Shown piece by piece: positions 26,174 to 37,600 of a stretch of DNA of 64,000 nucleotides. The stretch spans positions 40,674,001 through 40,738,000 of the forward strand of contig NC_087251.1 in the NCBI RefSeq assembly GCF_037042905.1, given 5' to 3'. A model generated the notes under the pieces. It had not been told where the DNA came from. It ran no database searches and saw only the letters and a list, made by a program, of their open reading frames with translations. The stretch comes from Lytechinus pictus. Taxonomy: Eukaryota. Position 1 is the first letter of the stretch. The number at the start of each line of letters is the position of its first letter. Made by a program: the position numbers and the translations under genes.

Positions 26174-26396
26174 GGGTGCGTCGTGGTCTAGTGGTTCTGA
26201 CTCTCGCATTTGAAAATTTATCCACACTGTGCTGCACTCGACCCAGGTGAGGTGAATGGGTACCCGGCAGGAGTAATTCCTTGCATGCACCGAGCGCCGG
26301 TGATATAGCTCGAGCTAAAGCCGGGGTAATAGCAGCGCTTTGTATCCTCAGGCAAAAAGCGCTTTACAAATCCAGCTATTATTATTATTATTATTA
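26174..26396 (+). mobile_element. tRNA-derived SINE with B-box deletion, (TTA)n tail
   Basis: TGGTCTAGTGG A-box joined directly to the core; TTA tail. Confidence 0.85.
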
Positions 26397-26950
26397 AACA
26401 AAGAAACAAAATTTCCATTAGTGGGTTGAAGAAACGTCAGTTCTGTTATATTAAGATTACACTGTATATCCAAATGGGCTGGTAAAACATAATAGTCTGG
26501 GCTCTGAATTCTGAGTTCTGATCCCATCAAAGGATTTCCCGCCCTTTTATATCAATTTCCAATCTTCCAAAAAGTCCCAAATTAATCTTTAAAAAAATCA
26601 CTAGCCTACATCAGAATATGAAGTGGTGCTTATTATAGATTGACTGATATAAAGGGTCACTGTACTATATAAGAACAAAAAGATATAATAATAAATGACA
26701 CTTTTCATATTAAATAAGAAAAACAGTTTGGTGGACCTGATAGGGGGGGGGGCAACATGCCCCTTCCCGCCTGTCCGCTGCCCTGATGCACCCATTTTTA
26801 AGAAGCTAGTGATAAAAAGATAACAATTCATACGGTGACACAAATATTAGTCTTTTCGGGGATACGCCCCTCAGATTTATCCCTTATAGATAATAGTTTT
26901 TCGAAAAGGCAAAGGTTTGGCATGACTGAAGAGTATTGGATATATCTTGA

Positions 26951-27369
26951 GGCGACCGCCCACCTTGCGATTGGTCTGCGACTCAATTTAGGAATAAAAC
27001 GTAGTAGAATTTGATGCTAATATTGAGACTTGGAATATCTTACTGTGTAATGTTCGAGATCATCGTACGAATACCTATATGTTCAAATCTGTGACTATGC
27101 TATCATCCTTCTTAGAACATGTATAGAATAAAAGCACGTTTAATATCTAGTCGTAATGATCGCAGTCGTACGATTGGCTACGATCTACGATTTGAAACTA
27201 ATTTGGCCTTTACTCCAAAATAAAGGCTTACAATCTTACAAGATGGTTATATTAGTATTCTTTCAATTTTAACCTCAAATAAAATGACATGTTCCATTCA
27301 CATTTTTAGGAAATGAGCAAAATGCGATTTGTTCCAAAATCGGATCGCGTCGTAAGGTGTGCGGTGGCC
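26951..27369. mobile_element. PIF/Harbinger-like MITE
   Basis: GGCGACCGCCCACCTTGCGA / TCGTAAGGTGTGCGGTGGCC inverted ends. Confidence 0.65.
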
Positions 27370-28109
27370 TGTACATATAGGTCCAGGATTTCATAAATGA
27401 AGGAAAGGGCAAAAGATATTCAGACAATAATTCTGACGAAATTTTTATTTCAAGCAAAAGGAAACCAATCGAAAAAAAGTAAGCAAAAAAGAGCAAGAAT
27501 TTAATCAGCGAGATAGAATCTCACTCTTCAGAAGATAATATTCTGCCTAAAAGGACAAGTGCCCCCCGGAAATTTTTTCAAACAAAGCCTGCACAAGTCA
27601 GAAAAACACAATGTAACTTTTTGAGCACGAAAGTGTACATTTCATGCCCATCCTAGTTAAAATTAAAAGGGTACTCCTGGCTGAAAATAATATATGATAT
27701 GAACAGATTAAGAAAAATCAGAAAAACAAAACTCTGAAAATTAGATCAAAATCGGACAAGGAGTAAAAAATGTTATGACATTATTTTTACAGATTTGCAT
27801 TATTTCGATGAAACAGTTATGTGCATGTCTTCATGAACATTCGATGAGCAAACTGATGGAGTCATATCCCCACTTGTTCTTTTGTATTGTATTGTATATG
27901 AAATTATGTTTATTCATTTTTTTTTCCTCCAAGAACTAAAGAAGAAATGGACAAGGTGTATCGTATATTTGTTGAAACTTATATTTTATCATAACTTAGA
28001 GCTCATTCACACTTCTAGTAAAGATTAGTTTCATACATGTATAATTATATTATGACAATTTCCTTTTAGTCTTTCATAATCTTCTTTTCGCCCCCGGTTT
28101 TATTATCTC

Positions 28110-28454
28110 GACTAGACACGCCCCATGCATAGCTAGCCCTTATGGTGGGCGTGGCGTACCATGTAAGAAGAGCCCAGAGAACAGCGTGTGATGATCGGTG
28201 TGAGCTAGAGCGTGAAAAGTTCACTTTTTTGTCGCGCTAGCTAGCTGGCGCTAGCGATCACATGCACAAGACACAAGTACAAGTAACTGTCGGAAGGGCC
28301 GCGAGGGAAGTTAGATTTGGCTCGGAACTTTAACATTCATCGAAGATCTAGTATATGTACCTTGCTGCTGCTGATTACTTCTTACGTTCTCATTCCACAT
28401 TTCCCCGATCTGATAACCAAATGATCGCAGCAGTTTCTTTTACAAGTATTCAAG
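28110..28454 (+). promoter_or_regulatory. Probable proximal promoter/5' UTR of the SLC6 gene
   Basis: Non-repetitive CpG-enriched stretch directly before the ATG, with Sp/KLF-type boxes (CACGCCCC ~28117; GGGCGTGG 28147-28154). Confidence 0.55.
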
Positions 28455-28695
28455 ATGGATAATACTCGCGATAAAATGGATGAATCTAACGTTGTTTCTC
28501 CTCCTCAGAAACAAGACCCGTCAGCCAACGGGGATGCGGTCCAGGCCAAAGTTGGAGAGACCTCGAAGACGAAGAAGTTGAAAAGTCGAGGCACGTGGAC
28601 TGGGAGACTGGATTTTGTGCTTGCTCTGATTGGTTTCTCTGTCGGATTAGGAAACGTTTGGAGATTCCCCTACCTCTGTTATAAAAATGGAGGAG
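28455..28695 (+). CDS. SLC6 transporter coding exon 1 (N-terminus, TM1)
   Basis: ATG 28455; [36 protein letters not shown]; donor G|gtaagt at 28696 (phase 1). Confidence 0.95.
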
Positions 28696-31600
28696 GTAAG
28701 TAGATCCCGCTTTCATTTTTTTCCTTGGGTTGTAACTTTTTTTGTCTATTAGAGGGTCTAATTGTTTGGCGATGTCGGACCTTCCTAAATTAAACTAGGA
28801 TTTGTTTTTGTTTTCTATCAGGTTTATAATAGGATCCAGCGGCCAGATGTCCTTCATACTGGCTGGTCTTGGGCCTGGTCTATTGTATAATTATTGTAGC
28901 CTTAGATCTATTTGGGGTTTTATAACTAGTAATGCCAGAGCAAAGGCTGATCCAATGAACACATAAACAGACCATTCACTCTGCATTGGTTTCAAGTGGA
29001 GATACCTTCTTCTGATTGTGAAAATGTAGCACTAATAATAGCAGGTCTAACATTGACTGTTAGCACCTGCCTGGGTATGATGGCAAAAACAAAGTACAGG
29101 CAGTCTGTCCCTTATATCCGGGAGAATATATTAATGGTAAAATGTATGGTAAGTAGATCTACCATAAAAAAATACTGACCCAGTTATTAAAAATTGAAAA
29201 GTTGTCTTTTCACTTGTGAATAGCTGAACTAAAAGGAAATGACATTTGTTATGACAGGAACATATCTTCAGGGATTTTGGAGTGGAGATAATTCTGACTT
29301 CCTTTGGATTAATCAGTTCATCAACTTTGTTGTAAATTGAATGGTAGACCTTCAACGGAAATGTTCCATGTTAACAATAACTTTTACATTTGACTGAGAT
29401 CAAATCAGTTCAATTAAGTTATCTGTTTTTTTTTAAATTCAGTAATCTGATTGTTCTGATGACTCAAAGAATTACCAGTCATGATTATTGATTAATATCT
29501 TTTCACTATACTCAATGCAAGTTGGTATTCCTACCGCCCAAAGTGTTTTAGCTTTGAAATTATATACATGCATTAGTTATTTAATGTTGATGATTTAATG
29601 CTAAAAGGAACAATTTCAAGAGAGAAAAAAGGAAACCCACAAAATTGGAGAGATGATTGACAAAAATCAAATTTAAACAAATATACATAAACTTCATGAG
29701 GCCCAATAAGCTCAAAACTTCAAATTTTAGCCCAAAGAATATGAGAACAGATATACTCAAATATCGTTTCACAATAAAAGTGAATTATAAGCTTTGATTT
29801 AGGTAGCCTACTGTCTGCGATAGAGGTATTTTTTTCAGTTGGGTCTTTGTTAAACATATGAAACCATTTTCAATGCAAGAAGCACACATACCTTTACAAA
29901 GCATTTGCTGCTATTTGTTGAAAGACTTCACAATACACAGACTTTTAGACCTATTTGTCAAAGGAGTTGGCAAACTTGCATTTTATATATCATGAGTGCT
30001 GAACCACACTTCGGCACAATACACATCAATCCAGTCAGGATATTCTCAGTTATTTTCTCTTAATCCTGAATATATATTTGATTTGGGGTGAATACTTTAA
30101 AAGGAGATGAAACAAAGCCTTGAATAGTGTCAAAATAACGAGATGGATATGGTGCCTAATAAGTTGCATTTATTATTATTATTAATTTCACCCTCATAAC
30201 TGCCCAAATCACCCCCTGAAATTCCACCCAAATGCATGCATTTCAGAGTAGCCCCAAGATCTGTCACAGGCAAGAATATTTAGAGAATCAATATTCTGAC
30301 TATGGCGGAATTAATCATATTTACATGTACTGCATATTTGCTTTTGCCCCTAAAAAGTAGCCCTAAAAATGAAAGAAGTATCTCCCAAAGTTGTGCAATT
30401 ATCCCAATGTGGAAAAAAGATAGCCCCTAAAAATCCAACTTAATTCCTACCCTGCATCTGACCCGTTTGACTTTTTATAAGCTAAAATTGGGTGATTTTG
30501 GCTCCCTTGCTTCTTTCACTTACAAATAAAAAATTGTTTGTGTTAAATTATCATACCGGTATCCAAAAAAAATCTTTCAAATGAAAACTTTTTTGAACAT
30601 TTTTTTGTCCTTTAAAAGTATGTTTAATGAGGAAATAATTTCTGAAAGATTAGAAATCTGAGTCCCTTTCACCAAATAAGCATAACACATTGTAAGTTCC
30701 CCCTAAAAGAAAAATAATTAATAGCATACATTTTCTTTCTATAGGATTTTAACCAAATAACTTGGCTGTAGTGTTTGTGGAGGGTTACAATGTTCAGTCA
30801 AGCCATGCATGAGTGGTCATTTTCAAAATTCATTTTTTTTTTCTTCAAATCCCTCTTAATGTAAATGTTCAAGTTCTGTATTTGTTTATCATTCATTGCT
30901 AGACCAAGAACATTACCAATGTTTTGAACAGTTTGATGAATAATTTTGGTTGAAATTTTCAAGTGTCAGTCCTTTTGACTATGGAACAGCAAAATCTGTC
31001 CCAAATTATTATTATTATTTTTTATTATTTTTTTTTTTGCCTCCGACGAAGATTCTGCTAGGATCGAAAGCTTAGGCCCCTTTTGACTTTCTAATTTACT
31101 CCATTGGCTCTCTTTTTTTAGATAAGCAGTTTTCAGCAGCTTCTTTTTGCCAAATTATTCGGAGAAAAAAATGAAACGATTTTGGTTTCTTTGCTACCCA
31201 AGGTATTGTTATATAGTCCTGATATTAACACAAGAAATTATTTAAATATCATAGTTTAGTGAGTATATGTTTGAATAAATAGCAAGAAAATGAAGAGGCA
31301 CTAAAGTTAGTTCTCAATAGGGTATTTAAAAATAATGAAAAATGATAAGTGATAAGTAGCCTATGCTTTCAATGTGTTCCTACCCATGCATAACTTGACT
31401 AATGAAAGTTGCTCAATCAAATTATAATTTTGTTCGGTGCCTTTTTGTTGAATTGTTTCGGGAACCTCCTTTGTGGGGAACATATTTAGATGAAATAAAG
31501 AAAATAAAAATTGAATACAGACATAAAATCTTGATTATTAGAATGAACGATTCCAGTCTGATTTCATGATTGTGTGGAAGATCAAACAAAGGAACCAATA

Positions 31601-34600
31601 TTTCAATTGAATTTTTCTCATGCTTTTTTTACCATTGTCTATCATAAATTGTTTTAATATTGTCTTTGGTACAGGTGCTTTCTTGATCCCATATTTCATT
31701 TGTCTATTCATTGGAGGGATCCCTCTTCTGATTCTTGAAATTGGTCTTGGTCAGTATACCAACCAAGGTGGTATAACAGCATGGAATATCAGTCCAATAT
31801 TCAAAGGTAAGAAACGTTTCCATCGTCTGTCCTTTGTGAGGCGCAATCAATCTGAGTTATTGCAATTTTATCAATGTCCCCCTGTTTTTCTCTTCCATTT
31901 CTGCAGTGGTGGACCGTGACCCGGAGGAGACAAAGGATTGGAGGGGTACAGCATTGTTCACAAACAATACAGTGCCCCTCCAATGCTTTGTCTTCTCCGG
32001 GTCACGGTCCAGCCACTGCATTTCTGTATGTGTGTAGAGAAAGAGAGAGAAAGTTCAATAATGTACAGTACATAATCCCCAGACCCTTTTTTTTCTCCAG
32101 TAGTTTGAAAGTCCTGGAATTTGAAAATGCTCTTTTCAAAGTTCCAGGATATTAACATAGGTGTACATCAAGGGCCTGATCTGGGCCCATTCCTTTTTGC
32201 TTTTGCATACTTCACAAAAAGGTTAAGATAAATGAGGGAATATTCTTTCACATTCAGAAAATTATGGAATGGTTTTTTTTTTTCAAGATCTATTTAATGG
32301 CAAGAAAGTCCAGGCTGGGGTGGCTCTTCATCCAGACAACTTGGAATTTTGAAAAGTTATATTAAGGTAAACAAAGCATGAACAATTTATTTAGAAAAAA
32401 ATTAAGAAAATTTTCCATCTTTGAATACAAGAGTATAAAAGAAAAAATATATTGACCCAGTTTATTACACTTTGCTATATCCAGACTGCCACATAATTTC
32501 AAGTTTCAAGGTTCATGTTTCTGGTTTTAGTAGTATATTTTGTATGAATTTCTGAATTGTTATTGTTACATTTTTTAGGTGACTCATGGTGAATTAGGGT
32601 TCTAAAATGAGAAATGAATGTTTATTTATTCTTAGGAGAAAACACTTCTCCAAAAATGGGAAACTTAAAAAAATTTCCTGAGTATTTTGTTCGAGAAAAA
32701 ACCCCCAGCATATTGCCTTGAAAAATGATAGAAATTGCAAACTGTTTTTATCTTCCGTCGTTCACAGGCATTGGTCTAGCCAGTGTGGTGATACTGCTAT
32801 TCCTGAACACCTACTATATCATCATCATGGCTTGGTCATTCTACTATATGTTCATGTCATTTACTTCTGTACTGCCATGGTCTCATTGTGACAATGTTTG
32901 GAATACACCATGTTGCTATGTTCCTGGAGCCATCAATGAAACCAATGAGATGACCACTCAATTAATGACCACTGTTGATGGAATGACCACACAGAATGTG
33001 ACACAGTGTGCCAATGAAACTCTTAAGACAACTGCTACTGTGGAGTTTTGGGAGTAAGTAACCACCCATTTTTAGTTGTCTTCATCACTCTACAGTGTGT
33101 CCCACAAAAATGGAAATTAATTTCCAGGGATATACATGTTTGCCATCATGCATTAGAAACTGAGACCTGACAGAAACAATTTGTACAGAAATTCATGTTT
33201 GAATTTGCAACCTCTCTCATTTACAGTGCCAGTGAAAGAAACATAACAACCAAGACATTGGAAATGCTAATAAGCCCTCTTTATTTTTTTTCCACACAAG
33301 ATTGAGTATCTTGAATAAATCTTTACCAAATATATCTCTGCAACCTTATTTTGACATTGAAATTAGATTGGATAAACTGAAGACATCATTCATGTATCAG
33401 CTATCAAAACTAAGGAGAAGTATCTTTGATTGTGTTATAAGATATTGAAAATCAGTGTCTCTACTGGAACAAATTATCTTTTTTTTCTGGGATTGTAAAC
33501 AAATTTGTGCATTTTGCATGACAAAATATTTGAATAATAAGAAGGCTTATTGATTAAGAAATCTAATTGTTTCACATGATATTTCTTGATATTAGACATT
33601 ATTCTACAGAGAGAAGAATGATAGATAGAAAAGTTTTTCTGGTTCTGAATTATTGTACCATTGAAACATCTTGATTTCTGTTTGGTATTTCAATTTTATT
33701 TTATTTTTTTATCCAGCTCAACATAATATGTTCAAGTTTGATGAATAGTAATAAGGATTTAGGATATTTACAACAGCAAATAATAAATAGTAGAAGTATG
33801 GTATGATTATCATCAAAATGAGCTAAGGGGAACTTTTTTATGAACATAAAAAAGTTAAATGTCTCTTCATCACAAAAACTAGTGATATCTATAGTCATCA
33901 TACACCTAGTCAATTTAAAGTTTTATAAATGAATATCCTTACTTTGTGTAAAATGCCTATTTATTTTACATGCAGTTTTAATGAAAATAGTATGTTTGGT
34001 ATGACAATACTGTAAAGGGTGATAGTAAACTTGTGAGTTTGTACAGGGTTGTGAAGAAATAGTATGTTTGGTATGACAATACTGTAAAGGGTGATAGTAA
34101 ACTTGTAAGTTTGTACAGGGTTGTGAAGCTCCCTGGAATACTTGTGACCTTTGAGCATTTTATTCACAAGTGATCATCAAACAAATTTGAAGAATAATCT
34201 CATGATTAGTGTTGGTAGATTTCCATTCAATATGTTTGACCTTCAGACTATTACATTAAAGGGCAAACTTAATTTGGTTTTGATAAATGCTGAAAAATGA
34301 GAAAAGTATGTTTAATAGAAGGAAATGAAACCCTTAAAACAAGTCAACAGAACAACTGACAAATCAGAGAACAATTAGATCAATAAAATTTTGAGGAAAC
34401 ATTGGACAAACAAGAAAATTATAAGCATTTGGATATTGAAAACGGATAGCAATCAATGCAATCAAAGTGTGATGTGACACATGAAAATCTTTACCCTTTG
34501 GACAAAAAATGTCTTTTTGCTCATTCCATATAGTAAAAACTCTTCATTTATTAAGTATTTTTTGAAACTTGTAAGCCCAATGCATGTGCTCCCATAAATC

Positions 34601-37600
34601 ATACACTGGATCTACCAATGTATGCTTGATAAAGATACAATTTAAGTGAACTATTACCATAGATGTGGGCACATTGCAGATTGAAGGATCTCCATTAGCA
34701 TTCTGAACATTTCTTATTAACTTTCTTATTATTCTGTTTTATAGAATTAAACAGGTTTCAAGGATTTCATTGACCCTTTAATACAGGGTTGGTGAAAATC
34801 CGTCAAAGAATAATAAAGGGAGCAGCTTGCCCGTAAGCTTATCATTAATTCCATATTTCCATTTTTCAATTGATCAAGATTACTTAAAATCTAATTCTCA
34901 TACAGTCTGTTAGAAAAAAATGTGGCTGATACATTTGATCCGGGGACAGTTGCTCCAATGGAAAATCTGCACGTTAAGCCAGACACTGAATAAACCTAAT
35001 TGACATTATTCTGAACCAAAAACTAAGACCGAAGCAAATGTGTCAGGAGCAAGTGTCGTGTGACTCATGTCACCTGATAATCACAGGTGAAATCATTCTA
35101 CAGTGCTACTGTGTATCAATAAAAACGAGAAAGTTGTGAAAAAAGTTATCTATAAAAATTTTGTTAGAAATTAATATGTCTATTTTTTATGTTAATAGAT
35201 GCTCTTAAGTATTACCTTTCAAATGCCGTTAGAAAAACACATTTTGTTCATGCTTGGGCGAACACAAAAATTTTTTGTCAGGGGTTAAAAAAAAGGCTGG
35301 TGCCAAATGGAAGAAAATTAGAATATATTGATGATCAGACTTCTAGCTAATGAGCCTCCTCTTAACATATTCATTATCTTTGCCATGATTTTTTAATTAT
35401 GCTGTCAAAATTCATTTAAAAAGCTACAAGTATTGATTTACTTGAGCCAGGGAAGGAATAGATCATTATTCTTCGGGGCTATTTTTGCCATATTGGGGCG
35501 ATGGCTGAATTTTGGGTGTTATTTATTAATTATGCCCTGAAAGCATATCTCATTATTCTGATGTATTTAGAATATTGATTTTCTTCATTTTCTTGAATAT
35601 TGATGGGGCAGATATTGCGGCAACTTTAGAAAAGATGGTCACCTCAAAACATTCCGTTTTGCACATTTTAGGGCGATTTCGGCTGTCATGAGGGCGAAAT
35701 TGCCCATCGCCCTCATGTTTTCCCTACACTGAACAGAATTGTTTTGTGTTTTCATTTAAATAGGTTATCTTTTAGCATTGAATATTCCTTCATAAGTAAG
35801 AAAAAACATTTTTGTCATCCAAAGCTAGGAGATCTGAATTGTTAATGGGGTAGCTTGTAAATTATTTAAAAATCATTTCATTATGTGCAATAAAGATTAG
35901 GATGCCATTGAAAGACATGAATCCTTTTGTCAAGGGGACATTGATTCCTTGAACAAGTTAAATATTAATTAACAGGAAAGGATTCATGTTTTTCAAAGGC
36001 ACCATAACATTTGTAGCACAAACGAAATGATTTTAATAAATTACAAGCTCTCCCATTAACAAAGCTAATCCCCTTACCTGGGTTAACAATATTATGAAGG
36101 AATGTTCAGTATTAAAACAATATAATATTAAGAAAAATAATAATTCAAGTAAATCAATAGTTTTGTAAATGAGTTTTGACCGAACAGTTTAAAAATTATG
36201 ACAAAGATAATGAAAAGGTTAAGAGGAGTCTGCTGATTAGCAAGAAGTCTGATAATCTATATTTTCTGCCATTTTTGTACAAGCCTTTTTGAACCCCTGA
36301 CAAAAACGTTCCATGTTCGCTCAAGCATGTACAAAACTTATTTTTCTAATGGCATTTGAAAGATAATACTTACGAGCATTTATTAACATCAAAATAGAAA
36401 CATCATGATTTCAAATAAAATTTTGATAGACTTTTCAAAACTGTTGAGTCCCGTTTTTATTGATACGCAATTGTAGTTCAAACCAACTTTATGACAGACC
36501 AGATTGAACATCCCACAAGTTAAAGTTACAGTCTTAGTATTGATATTTGATAGTGCCAATATAACACTGTTTAAATAGAAATAATACTTTTATGACTTGT
36601 ATGAAGACATAAATCATAAGATTTCTTATAAGAGGCAGATGGTAGTATATGCTTTTATTCTATGTGAAGTTTTCTCTTTTTTTTCTTGGATTATAGTAAG
36701 GAATTGATTGATTGATTGATTGAAGAAAATTGAAATCAAAGTGTTATAGTTTTCATCAATTTGTCTATTTATCATTCTATCAAGAAAATGGTTCAGAAGA
36801 TTTCCTTATTTTCAATAACAATAAAAAGAAAAATAAGTCAATGTCTTTCTTTTTTTAGCATTCATTTTTTTCCTGTTTTTTAGAACCTGTTTTTTTATTT
36901 GTAGTAACATGAGATAATCAGTCTTTAATTATTGATAAAATTGGGATCAACCTGTACCCAGTTGGTAAATGAAGCAATCCAATCTTTTCCCATGATTATA
37001 TTTAGATGAAGGTTAATTGGTTCTTCCTGTCGATACATAGGCAAATATGTTTGCTTTGAATTCGAGATCAATGGCAACTCATGTTTAGGGTAATGTTATT
37101 TTTTGTCATTGTTTTAAAGGGGAATCCAGCCTTGTCCAATGTTGTGTTGGGAAGGAGAAAAATAAATTAAACAGAATGGTGAAAGTTTGAAAGAAATCGA
37201 ACAAGCAATAAGAAAGTTATAGCTGCTTTAAAATTGAGATCACTAATACTATGTAGATTTCAAATTGGCAACTGGGTAAGTAAATTATGACAAAGGGCAA
37301 GGACAACTTTCCCATAGGCCATGTACTTTATTATCAGGGATTTGTGGTTTTCTCCTAAGTACCAATTCCCCTGGGGCAGTAATCTAAATTATAACCCAGG
37401 TAGTATATCGTTTTATGTCCTCATGAAAGAAAAATATAATTTGAAATAAAACTTTTGGGAAAAATGACATTTTAGCCATAATATGTATTGGAGTGCATGG
37501 AAGAGTAGTCCTTGCCTTACATCACTATGACATCCCATATGCGGCCAATTTGAAGTCTCCATGGGAATAGTGATTACCAATATTTACAACTTTTAAAAAT

